From: Macrostomum lignano
Lineage: Eukaryota
DNA length: 64,000 bases
Direction: 5' to 3'
Assembly: GCA_002269645.1 (NCBI GenBank)
Contig: NIVC01001252.1
Coordinates: 154,975 to 218,974 of the forward strand
Shown: piece after piece, positions 48,666 through 59,447 of the stretch
How positions within the stretch are numbered: the stretch's first letter is position 1
Layout of the letters: each line of letters opens with the position of its first letter
Translations under genes and position numbers: made by a program
Notes under the pieces: generated by a model
What the model was told of the DNA's origin: nothing
The model's input: only the letters and a program-made list of their open reading frames with translations
The model's database searches: none

Positions 48666-51600
48666 TGTGGCGGCCAGACTGGTGCGCCGTTGAGAGCGGG
48701 GCCCGCCTGTACACAGGCCCCTGCACGCCTGGCTGCTGGGGAGTTTTTCCCAGCCAGCCAGTTCGCTCTGACTCACACCTCCCTATTCTCTCAAGTATAA
48801 AGACTATGCTTAAACAAATATACACAAGATCTTTTGCTCGCTTGCTGCTTTTCAAGCTTCCACTCGCAAGCCGCTTCATTGGTGAGCCCTACGCAGCCAT
48901 TTCGTGCAATGGCCCAACAAACCGACTCTGCTGTGTCCCTAAAGCTGCCCACGTTTTGGGCGGCCCAGCCTCGAGCCTGGTTCATCCAGGCCGAAGCTCA
49001 GTTCACCCTGAGAGGCATCACTCAGGACGATACCAAGTACGCCCATCTGGTCGCAGCTCTTGACCAGCAGACAGCAGAGCGCCTGCTCGATGTGCTCGAG
49101 GCTCCTCCGGAGGCGAACAAGTACGCTCAGCTGAAGGAGCGCCTCAACAGCACTTTCGATTTGACTCCTCAGCAGCATGTCTGGCCTTGGTGACCGGCGG
49201 CCTTCCGAGCTGATGGACGAGATGCTCGCCCTGCTGGGGAATCACCGCCCCTGCCTGCTATTCGAGGAGCTGTTCCGCCAGCAGCTGCCACCGGAAGTAC
49301 GCATGGCCATGACAACCGTCAGTTTCGCGGACCCCCGGGCAGCAGCGCAGGAGGCAGACAAGCTCTGGGCCAGCCGGCCGCAGCTGGTGGCGGCCTCCGT
49401 CCAGCAGCCGGCGGTAGAGCCGGCCCAGCAAGCCCAGCCGGCAGTCTTTGCGGCCAGCAAGGGCGCCAGACAGAGACGGCCCCAGCAGCACCGCCCGGAC
49501 GACGGCCTGTGTTTCTTTCACCGTCGTTTCGGTGCGAAAGCCCGCCGCTGTGAGCTCCCGTGCAGTTTCCAGGGAAACGGGCAGGCCGGCCGTCAGTGAA
49601 TAGCTCGACGGCCGGCAACAGCAGCAGCCTGCTCCTCATCCCGGATGTGCAGACGGGCCGGCGTTTTTCTGGTCGACACCGGCGCCGAGGTCAGCATTTT
49701 CCCCGTCGCTGGTTCCGACGCCCGCCTGCACTCGCCAGGCCCGCCGCTTTTCGCAGCCAACGGCAGCCTCATCCGAACCTTCGGCACCCGCCAGCTCACG
49801 TTGGACCTCGGCATCCGGCGCTGCTCCTGGCCGTTCCTTCTGGCCGAGGTCTCCCGCCCGCTGATCGGCGCCGACTTCCTGCGGCACCACGGCCTGCTGG
49901 TGGACCTGCCGCACCGGCGCCTCCTGGACGCCCGCTCGCTCGCCAGCGTGCACCTGCTGGACGGCGCGGGGCCCGGACTGCAACTCGCCGCAGCCGCCGC
50001 TGCGGACCCGTACAGCCAGCTGTTGGCCGAGTTCCCCGCCCTCACCGAGCCCAGTTTCCAGCGGGCTGAGCCACGACACGGGGTGGAGCACCACATCCCG
50101 ACGCAGGGCCCGCCGGTCCATGCGCGCCCTCGCCGCCTGCCGCCGGACAAGCTGGCGGTGGCCAAGGAGGAGTTCCGGCTCCTGGAGCAGCTCGGCATCG
50201 TTCGCCGGTCCAACAGCCCTTGGTCCTCGCCGTTGCATATGGTCCCAAAAGCCTCCGGTGGCTGGCGGCCCTGCGGCGATTTCAGACGGCTAAACGACGC
50301 CACGGTGCCCGACCGCTACCCGGTGCCGCACATCCAGGACTTCTCAGTGCGCCTAGCCGGCTGCTCGGTCTTCTCCAAGATCGACCTGGTTCATGGCTAC
50401 CACCAGGTGCCCGTGGCCGCAGCCGACGTGCCCAAGACCGCCGTGACCACCCCGTTCGGCCTCTTCGAGTTCCTGCGAATGCCATTCGGTCTCAAGAACG
50501 CTGCCCAGGCCTTCCAGCGGTTGGTGGACTCCGTCTGCCAAGACCTGGACTTTGTCTTCGCCTACATCGACGACTTCCTTGTCGCTAGCCGCAGCCCGCA
50601 GCAGCACCTGGAGCACCTGCGGACGCTTTTCCAGCGCCTGGCGGACAACGGCCTCATCGTCAACCCGGCCAAGTGCGAGTTCGGCCGCAGCGAGATCGAC
50701 TTCCTCGGCCACCGGATCAGCGCCCAGGGAGCCGTGCCGCTGCCCGCCAAAGTCGATGCCATCGCCGGATTCGCACCGCCAGCCACCGTCAGGGCCTGGA
50801 GGAGTTCGCCGGCATGGTGAATTTCTACCACCGCTTCGTGCCGCGCGCCGCCCAGCTGCTGTGCCCCATCCACGCGGCCATGGCCGGCAAGGAGAAGTTC
50901 GTCCGGTGGACGCCCGAGCTGACCGCCGCTTTCGACGGAGCGAAGCGGGCGCTGGCCTCCGCCGCCATGCTGGCACATCCGCGGCCAGACGCGCCCATCG
51001 CCCTCACCGTCGACGCCTCCGATACCGCAGTCCGCGCCGCGCTCGAGCAGCGGGTTGGCAGCGCCTGGCAGCCGCTCGCCTTCTTCAGCCGGCAGCTGCG
51101 CCCGCCCGAGCAGAAGTACAGCGCGTTCGACCGCGAGCTGCTCGCCCTGTACCTGGCGGTCCGGCACTTTCGCTATTTCCTGGAGGGCCGCGCATTCACC
51201 GCTTTCACGGACCACAAGCCGCTGGTCGCCGCCATGTCCAAGATGTCCGACCCGTGGTCCGCCCGGCAGCAGCGCCACCTGGCCTACGTGTCCGAGTTCA
51301 CCACGGACATCCAGCACGTGGCGGGCAAGGACAACTCGGTCGCAGACGCGCTGTCCCGCTGCACCGTCTCTTCCGTGCAGCCCCGGCTGCTCCCCGGCGT
51401 GGATTTCGCGTCCATGGCCCAGGCGCAGGCGGCCGATGCGGCCAGTCAGGCAGACGCCAGCCTGAGCAGCCTCCAACTTGAGCCGCTGCAGCTCAGCCCC
51501 GGTGTCGCCCTGCTCTGCGACATCTCCACGGGACGGCCGCGCCCGTTGGTGCCGCCGAATTTCAGACGCCCCGTCTTCGACGCCATCCACGGCCTCGCCC

Positions 51601-52989
51601 ACCCGTCCGTCCGCAGCACGCGGCGCCTCGTGGCCGCCAAGTTCGTGTGGGCCGGCATGAACAAGGACGTTAGCCGGTGGGCCCGGTCCTGTGTCGCCTG
51701 CCAGACGGCCAAGGTGCACCGGCACGTCGCCGCCCCGGTTGGCAATATCCGCGTCCCGGACCAGCGCTTCGCCCACGTGCACGTCGACCTGGTGGGGCCG
51801 CTGCCGCCTTCACAAGGCTTCACGCATCTGCTGACCATTGTGGACCGTTTCACCCGGTGGCCGGAGGCGATCCTGATGACCGACACCTCCGCGGCCGCAT
51901 GCGCCTCCGCCTTCATCGCCCACTGGATCGCCAGGTTTGGAGTGCCAAGCGACATCGCCTCGGACCGCTGTTCGCAGTTCACGTCGCAGCTGTGGTCCAA
52001 CGTCTCACAGCTCCTCGGAATGCAGCTCCACCGGACAACGGCTTTCCATCCGCAGGCGAACGGGCTGGTCGAGCGTTTCCACCGGCAGCTGAAGTCCTCC
52101 CTCATGGCGCGACTGGCCGGACCAGCCTGGGTCAGCGAGCTACCCTGAGTGCTGCTCGGCATCCGGACGGCCCCAAGGAGGACCTGCCGGCATCGTCGGC
52201 CGAGCTGGTCTACGGTGCGCCCCTCTGCGTGCCTGGCGAGTGCCTGCAGCCCAGCCCGCCGGCCGGCGACCATGACCAGTTCCTCGCCCGGCTCCGCGGT
52301 GCCGTCCAGGCATTCCGGCCGACTCCGACGTCCCGTCACGGCAGCCGCCCCACAGCTTGGCCGGCCGCCCTCGACGCCTGCCAGTTCGTTTTCGTCCGGC
52401 GCGACGGCCACCGCCCTCCGCTGCAGCGACCTTACGACGGCCCGTTCAAGGTCCTCGAGCGGGACGCCAAAGCATTCCTGCTGGACCTGGGCACTCGCCG
52501 CGACCGGGTGTCAGTGGAGAGGCTGAAGCCAGCCGTCATCGACGCGGTCGACCCGTTCCCGACGCCGGCCCTGCGACCGAGAGGCCGCCCGCCGCGGCTG
52601 CCCGCTGAGCCGCCCCCAGCGCACTCTGCCGCCGACCCCGCCTCTTCAGCTGGCGACATTCCGCCGGCGGCCCAACGCACTGCTGCTTTCCCCAGCCGCC
52701 CACTGCCACCCCGCCGGTGCCGTCCGAGCCCGGCGGCCTTGGCCGAATAGCTTGGTGCTGGGGGGGGGGAGCTCTGTGGCGGCCAGACTGGTGCGCCGTT
52801 GAGAGCGGGGCCCGCCTGTACACACAGGCCCCTGCACGCCTGGCTGCTGGGGAGTTTTTCCCAGCCAGCCAGTTCGCTCTGACTCACACCTCCCTATTCT
52901 CTCAAGTATAAAGACTATGCTTAAACAAATATACACAAGATCTTTTGCTCGCTTGCTGCTTTTCAAGCTTCCACTCGCAAGCCGCTTCA
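48666..52989 (+). mobile_element. Full-length Ty3/Gypsy LTR retrotransposon (CsRn1/Boudicca-like gag), defective copy
   Basis: TG...CA LTRs at 48666-48878 and 52775-52989, identical except for a 2-bp CA indel. 4-bp TSD AGAC. PBS TGGTGAGCCC immediately after the 5' LTR (resembles a tRNA-Trp-type PBS). G-run PPT before the 3' LTR. Confidence 0.96.
48908..52750 (+). pseudogene. Gypsy gag-pol (gag, protease, RT, RNase H, integrase) with frameshifts and a premature stop
   Basis: Gag AVSLKLPTFW...WFIQAEAQF and CFFHRRFGAKARRC; protease [10 protein letters not shown]; [25 protein letters not shown]; RNase H LTVDASD, YSAFDRELLA, FTDHKPL; integrase HGLAH...CVAC, HVDLVGPLP, SDRCSQF, GLVERFHR. Frame breaks near 49175, 49665, 50795 and 52175, and an in-frame TGA at 52146. 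Confidence 0.92.
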
Positions 52990-53201
52990 AGACCTCATTA
53001 AGGTTTGTCGCGTGCTATAGAATAAGGAGCGGAGCGTAGGAGCTAGGAGCTAGGAATTGCCGTTTAGGAGTGAGTTTTAGGAGTGCGTGTCCTATAGAAG
53101 GAGCGAAACTCATTTCTAGCTCCTAACTCCTAGTTAAGACTTCAAAGGGCCAAATTTCACTCTTAGGTTATAGTAGGATCGTGTGATTCGTTTCTTTTTT
53201 C

Positions 53202-53522
53202 ATGTTTTCGGACAGTGAGCTAGGCTCGGACGATGAGGGAGCTAATGATCGACGACGACCCAGACAATTTAAGCAGAGGATTAACTTTTTTGAAGAATAT
53301 AATACTGTGTCACGATTTCGGCTCAATGAGAATCAACTCGCTAGCCTGACGAATCGAATTCGAAATCGAATTGAACACCGAACACGTTGTAACTATGCTT
53401 TAAGTGCCGAGCAGCAAGTGAGGCTTTCGATTCGTTTTTTGGCCAAAGGAGCAGACTATAGAACGATTGGAGATGCACATGGAGTCTCAAAAAGTAGTGT
53501 TTTCTACGCTTCATCACTTTAA
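53202..53522 (+). pseudogene. Truncated Harbinger/HARBI1-like transposase (N-terminal HTH region only)
   Basis: RRPRQFKQR...SRFRL...TRCNYALSAEQQVRLSIRFLAKGADYRTIGDAHGVSKSSV matches the Harbinger N-terminal pattern (ALS...L.ALRF.ATG....GD..G.S.S.V). It stops before the DDE domain. Confidence 0.7.
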
Positions 53523-53924
53523 CAAACGCAACTTTTTGGTTTGCTTGCATTGTTTGAATTCACGAATTGCTCCTATAGTTACTCCTTAAGGTGCGTACAT
53601 TTAGGAGTTTAATATAGCACGCAGATTGGCAGACTCCTTAGCCAATCGCCTTACACTCCTTAGAACTCCTCCTCACTCCTATGCTGCACTCCTTAAAACA
53701 ACTCCTAGCTCCTAACTCTTGATTCTTGAACTCTATAGCACACAAAATCGATTCGCTCCTTGCTAGGAGCACTCCTGACTCCTAACTCCTTACTCTTTGC
53801 TCTTAAATCTATAGCACGGGCCCCTGGGGACATCAAAACGGAACGGCCAATAGGGTTCTATGGCCCAGCACTTGAATCAACTCGAGACAGCAAGCCATAG
53901 ACAACTTAATTTGTCATGCCATAT

Positions 53925-54392
53925 GGAACGATGAGCCAAAATAGAAGGAACGGTGAGCCAAAATAGAAGGAACGGTGAGCCAAAATAGAAAGAACGGTGA
54001 GCCAAAATAGAAGGAACGGTGAGCCAAAATAGAAGGAACGGTGAGCCAAAATAGAAGGAACGGTGAGCCAAAATAGAAGGAACGGTGAGCCAAAATAGAA
54101 GGAACGGTGAGCCAAAATAGAAGGAACGGTGAGCCAAAATAGAAGGAACGGTGAGCCAAAATAGAAGGAACGGTGAGCCAAAATAGAAGGAACGGTGAGC
54201 CAAAATAGAAGGAACGGTGAGCCAAAATAGAAGGAACGGTGAGCCAAAATAGAAGGAACGGTGAGCCAAAATAGAAGGAACGGTGAGCCAAAATAGAAGG
54301 AACGGTGAGCCAAAATAGAAGGAACGATGAGCCAAAATAGAAGGAACGGTGAGCCAAAATAGAAGGAACGGTGAGCCAAAATAGAAGGAACG
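53925..54392. repeat. 22-bp minisatellite (GTGAGCCAAAATAGAAGGAACG) expanded from the inner left TIR of the Tc1-like element
   Basis: About 21 copies; one inverted copy lies in the right TIR at about 54999-55027. Confidence 0.93.
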
Positions 54393-54464
54393 ATTTGAGC
54401 TTTTCACAGAGGCAAGACGCTTTTGTTTTCTAACGATTCGTGGAGCTAAGTTACGGTCGTATAA

Positions 54465-54930
54465 ATGGCACCGCAAATTTCTGTACGCGATCGACAGCGT
54501 ATCATAGCCGCCTTGCACCGTGGACTGTCGATGACGGATGTTTCAGTTTTGTTAGGACTATCCGAAACTTCTGTTCACCGCATTCGGTCAACATTCGAAC
54601 AAGCCAGCAGATTGGAAGCTTTGCCTCGTGGAGGACGCAAGGAAGAAAGCTGCAAAATGGACGCAGAGATGCAATTTTTTGCAACAAGAGGTGCAGCTAA
54701 ATCCCTTTCTAACGCTAAATTCAATGGCTGAGAAGCTGGTTGGAAGCTTTCCTGTCAGGAAAGCCGCACGTGAGCCTTAAAACAATTGATCGAGCAATGG
54801 ATGGTTTGCTCTTTACGATCAAACTTCCTACCAAGGGGACGGATGTGCGCCAAAACACCAACCGAGTCGAAAGCCTCGACGCCAGAAGCGAATACGCTAA
54901 CGAAGTGTTGACCTTTTTATATTTGATGGT
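54465..54930 (+). pseudogene. Tc1/IS630-family transposase DNA-binding region, stop/frameshift at ~54730, DDE domain absent
   Basis: RQRIIAALHRGLSMTDVSVLLGLSETSVHRIRSTFEQ...LPRGGRK is an HTH followed by the PRGG motif. A second frame then gives VSLKTIDRAMDGLLFTIK...RQNTNRVESLDARSEYA. Confidence 0.65.
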
Positions 54931-55152
54931 TTCAATTTGTGACTTAAAATGTGCTTCATTAATGTCTGTTTTTATTGTTTCTGTAAATAAAACTCAAACC
55001 GTTTCTTCTATTCCGGCTCATCGTTCCGATATGCATGACAAATCGAGTTGTCTATGGCTTGCTTTACCCGAGTCAATTCAAGCACTTGGCTATAGAATTC
55101 TATGGGCCGTTCCGTTTTGCATGCCCGCTGTTACACATAGCACGACAAAAGC

Positions 55153-56259
55153 CAGTGTTGGGCAAGTTACTCTGAAAAAGTAACTTCCGGTTAAGTCACT
55201 TCCGGTTCCAAGGAAAGTAACTTCCGGCACTTGTTCCGGTACCGGTACTTTTAAAGAAAAGTAACTTCCGGTACTTCCGTTACCGGTCTTTTCTAATTTT
55301 AAAGAACTGCCAATTAAAAAGTACTTAAACATGTCTTCGTGAAAAAACAAAAACATGTGTTGGTCTGGAGTTCAACATGATGTTATTTCTCAAATAAAGA
55401 TGCTAGCTCGTACATAATGTTTTTTGTTATTAATATTTGAGTGAATAAATAACACCTTTGCAAAACAAAAATTAACTGTACACCAGGACGATTTGCATAA
55501 AAAATTTGGAGGCTGATTTTCAAATATTGATGCTGACTCTTGAGAAAAATGTATGGAGATAATTTTTGTCCAATATATGCGTCACAATGATCAGTGTAGA
55601 ATACTTCAGGTGACTCAGTTTGTGTGGGCCATTCTCTTGTCGCCCTACTTATATATAGTATTGTGCTTGTATAGTATTGTACTTTTACAGTACTGTAATT
55701 ATACTTTTGTAGTGCTGACTCATTTAGAATCAATAATAATATTCTGGGAGTCTTAGAAATGCCAGTTAACAGTTAACAAAAAGATACCGGACAACAAATT
55801 ATGGCTGGAATTTGATAGATGGACCAATGCGCAAGACTTCAAAATAAATTGATGATAGTGTCTGCGCTGCAATTAGAAAATGAAAATTAGCCTCAAAAGA
55901 GTTAAAACTCAAAACCTTCTTAGAATGCATCACTCGTGTCGTCCTGCACGAACATCGAAATGAAGAAATCGGCCTTCAAAAGATGTTCCACGAATCACGA
56001 GTGTAGCGTCCTGGACCCTGGTGTACTGCTAGTTATGCTTGTTAGAAAGCTTGCGAAGGAGTTGTTATTTAGTGCTAAATTGACTGTTTGGCACCTAAAA
56101 TTTCATGTTTAAGTACCGGATGACCGGACTTATCAAAAAGTAACTTCCGTTACCGAAGTCCGGCATTCTAAAAAAAGAACCGGAAAAAAGTGCCGCTTTA
56201 AAAAAAAGTAACTTCCGGTACTAAAAGTGCCGGAAGTGCCGGAACTTTGCCCAACACTG
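55153..56259. mobile_element. MITE-like non-autonomous DNA transposon (hAT-like termini)
   Basis: TIRs CAGTGTTGGGCAA(A)GTT / AACTTTGCCCAACACTG. Multiple sub-terminal AGTAACTTCCGG repeats at both ends. Flanking direct repeat CAAAAGC at 55146-55152 and 56260-56266. No coding capacity. Confidence 0.8.
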
Positions 56260-56479
56260 CAAAAGCAATATTTTAGCAGTCCTAAGCCTGCCGAAACGAG
56301 GGTGAAAGCAACGATGTCTGCCGCCAGCAAAAGTTGTCTATGGCCCCAAGTGGGCACAAAGAAACTATGTGTATATTTTGAGCTAATATTAGCATTAACA
56401 TGAGATATTAACATTAACATGAGATAAACATTAGATAAATAGTCCATTGACAAGTCTTTCGATTTCTCACGCGGTATAC

Positions 56480-56900
56480 CTTCTGACCTTAGTTTGATTG
56501 ATTAAAGTTAAACTGAACGAAGAACAGGCGTAGATAGGAGTTGAGATACCTCACTGGCATATTCTCGATGTGATCAGGTAAATTCTCCGCGCGTAGAAAC
56601 TTTTCGTTTGCGAATATACAATTCAGTTTGCTTAATCGTCGACTTCCGTTTACTTTCTTGCTCCACATGATGTAGGCCAGCTTCTTCTTCTTCGGTCAAT
56701 TCACGAAACAGGTTTCCAACGTGATCGTCCGGCGTAGGATTGCGTAGTTCCTCATCAATTAGCCTCTCTTGCTCATCCGTCAGCCCTGTCCATTGACCGA
56801 TTCTGTCGACATGGTCCCGAGGATCGAGATGCGTGATGAAATCGAGCTCATCTGAGCTCAATCCACTAATTTCGTCTTCGCGTATTGAAGAATAACGCAG
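56480..56900 (-). pseudogene. Degenerate Crypton/DUF3504-like tyrosine-recombinase transposon fragment
   Basis: FRELTEEEEAGLHHVEQESKRKSTIKQTELYIRK, then after a frameshift FLRAENLPDHIENMPVRYLNSYLRLFFVQ. This resembles the N-terminal part of Crypton-A proteins (RF..LSEEE...KNT.K.T...F...IE.....L...L..F.V). Recognised from memory, not from a search. Confidence 0.5.
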
Positions 56901-57640
56901 CATATTCGACAAACAGTAAAGGAATAAAAACACGATGAATTTTTCTTTCTAACATGACTTCAACATGAATTAATATGACAGGTCTCGAGTGCTTAGGCCA
57001 TAGAAAAGTCAAGAAGAAGCGGGCGAGAAATGAAGCCAATAGCTTACTTCAAATGGAATTGGACCATAGAATGGATTCAGCGGGCGTGAAATGGCATTTT
57101 TCGCCCGCTTCGTTGGCAGGCTTAGATTGGCTACAATATAATATAGTTAGGCTGTTGAGGGCAGAAATGAGCGAAACAGACGAGGCGCGATACTCTACAC
57201 TGAATACTGCTAGGCATTCAGTGTAGAGAAAAGAAATATTGACTGCTGATAAGATCAGAAGCAGAGAAAAGAAGCAGTATGGTGTGCAGGGAACGTCATC
57301 AAAGTGACTGGAAACGTACGAGCTTTACTCTGGAACAGTTTGAAACTAAAGCATTTAATTTTTTGTATGTAGGATATAAGCTGACATGACGGATGCTACT
57401 CAACAAGCAATGCAATGGAAGAAAAAAATTTTCCAACTCTCATTGGAGAAAGTAATAAAAATAAATACGTACCTGCTGTACACGCTGGAAGGCATAATAA
57501 AAGAGTATGCAGGAGTCTGTAGACACTTGCGGCCACTTCAGATCAGTTGCGCTTCCCGAGCGCTCCTTTGCACACCATTGCTATATGGTTGTGGCAGATA
57601 CAGGCTTCACTTTACTGAGCAAATAGTGGTAACTACCGAC

Positions 57641-58306
57641 ATGGCCAGTGCTCCCGAGATCAGGAATGATACTCAGCTGGCAGTGAAGTGCAGCTCGCTA
57701 ATTAGCGCCAATGCCGAGCAGTCAGAAACTGCAATGAACATCTTCCTCAATGAGCAGGAGGTAACCGGCCTGAGGGATCTTCTGAACCGGAAGGAGGACA
57801 TCAAGTACATCAGCATTTGTCGGACCACCAACGGGTATCCGCACGTCTGCCTGCGCATGCTGTTCATGCTGGCTGAGCTGGAAATCGGCCTGAGAAATGC
57901 AGGCGCTTCAACTGAGGTCGTGGAGTTCGGCATGCGGCGCTTTCTTGATCTCTCTGGTGGAAAGAAGATCCCGATGGTGAGGCCGGAAGTGATTCTTGAG
58001 GAGGCCTCGCGAGCGGGTGTGAATGAGAACAACGTTCAGCTTCGGCGACAGAACCTGAGGCGGGCGATCGACAGCGGCCTGGGCCGGTCGACCTTTCTGA
58101 GTCAGACAGTTGTTTCGAGTAACGACGGAGAGATTTCTACCCACCTTAATCGCACCTCCATCGAGGCCAGCTCAGGCTCGCCGCCAGGCACTTTACCTAG
58201 ACAGCCGACTTCAGCCGTTGTGCCTGCCGCCAGTTCGGAAGAAGCTGTCGATTCAAGCAGGGAAGCAGACGCCGGCGAACCGGGACGCTTTATAACTCGC
58301 TTGTAA
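57641..58306 (+). CDS. Hypothetical protein, about 221 aa from the ATG at 57641 (ORF open from 57386)
   Basis: Non-repetitive ORF with plausible globular composition and a Ser/Pro-rich C-terminus. No recognisable domain. It may be an exon of a larger gene or TE-derived. Confidence 0.45.
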   Translation: MASAPEIRNDTQLAVKCSSLISANAEQSETAMNIFLNEQEVTGLRDLLNRKEDIKYISICRTTNGYPHVCLRMLFMLAELEIGLRNAGASTEVVEFGMRRFLDLSGGKKIPMVRPEVILEEASRAGVNENNVQLRRQNLRRAIDSGLGRSTFLSQTVVSSNDGEISTHLNRTSIEASSGSPPGTLPRQPTSAVVPAASSEEAVDSSREADAGEPGRFITRL

Positions 58307-59447
58307 ACCCAGCCGCTTTTATAAGGGAACTGGGTCTCTGCAACGACTGGTTTATCTACATGTACCGGTAGGTGTTTACGATTAGCAACCTCTTCTGCAG
58401 GTGTAACAGAAAACAGTTTGAAGCTCGTTGGAAAACGTTGCACAAATAGTTTCATGTATACATAGCAACCAAATTTTAAATTACGAGTATTGCTGTGAGC
58501 TGGATTACGAGCGTATTGTCATGTAACTCACTCTGCCTGTTCGCCTTGTCTATTCCCTAGTGATAAAACTTGCGGATACTATCAGTAGCTTATCTCCGCT
58601 AGCATAGACAACGGAATTCTTCAATTGGTATCAGTGCCCCCGTTTTCATTTGGCTTCCTAAGCTCCATTAGAAAGTGTTGCAACACGTAGTCCCACTCTA
58701 ATTTTGTCCAGTTGTTGTCAATATTATATCCTTGATGTTGTTCCGAGCACGTAGCTGTAGTCTACGGTGAAGTATACTTTTGTGGCGTTGCTGCTAAACA
58801 CCCAGTGCAATTTTTTTTGTTTTCAGTTTGTTGTTATTTGGTTTTGGAATTGGTGAAGGGCCCTGGATAGAGCTAGACAGGTCTCACGCTGCTTGCAGGA
58901 GTTAAGAAGAATCGAAGGCCTGCGGGCAGTTTTTTGCTAGCAGCTACGGATTCGCATTGAGTTTTACGAGTCTGCTGCGTCTAACAAATGCAGATGTGAG
59001 ACGGCCTACTCTCAACTGTTTTCTTCTCAGCATTCTTCTTCTTCAGCTCACTGCAGCTGCAGCAGATGTATTTCTGCGGCACGAGAGACAAATACTGCCA
59101 AAAGTATTTCAGTATACAAACTCTCGGTAATCCCAATGGAGCCGAGAAGCAAATATTTCTGGAAATGGGTTGGCATCTCTTCATCTAGTAAAAATAGAGA
59201 ATGAGGAAGCCTAGGAATTTCCAACCATGATGTGCAAAAGTCTTCCCAGAGGCAGTTTCTGCAACAATAGCCAGATGAACTTTTTGCCATCCTCATCCAC
59301 CATTATTTTAACTGAAGCTATTTTTAGCCTTTTAGAAACTCATATTCCTGCTTTCCCGGAAATTCCAATGCTAATGAGATGATTAGGTGCATAAAAGGAG
59401 CTAATCTTTTGCTAATCCAAGCAACTAGTCAAGACAATATACTTGCC

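Larger units (their letters stand above)
48520..53823 (+). mobile_element. PIF/Harbinger-derived element (relic), interrupted by the Gypsy insertion; left end not defined
   Basis: Recurrent sub-terminal motifs (CTCCTAGCTCCTAAC, GTGCTATAG) lie on both sides of the Gypsy. The right terminus ...CTATAGCACGGGCCC is followed by CTG. It contains a truncated Harbinger transposase N-terminus. Confidence 0.6.
53824..55130 (+). mobile_element. Non-autonomous Tc1/IS630-like DNA transposon with about 130-bp imperfect TIRs
   Basis: 53824-~53955 is the inverted counterpart of ~54999-55130 (e.g. CAAAACGGAACGGCC and GCAAGCCATAGACAACT are shared). It encloses a broken HTH/wHTH transposase ORF. No clean TA TSD is visible. 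Confidence 0.7.

Noticed and set aside
49242-52887. Long antisense and alternative-frame ORFs over the Gypsy interior
   Set aside because: They are by-products of very high GC content opposite or overlapping gag-pol, with no recognisable motifs.
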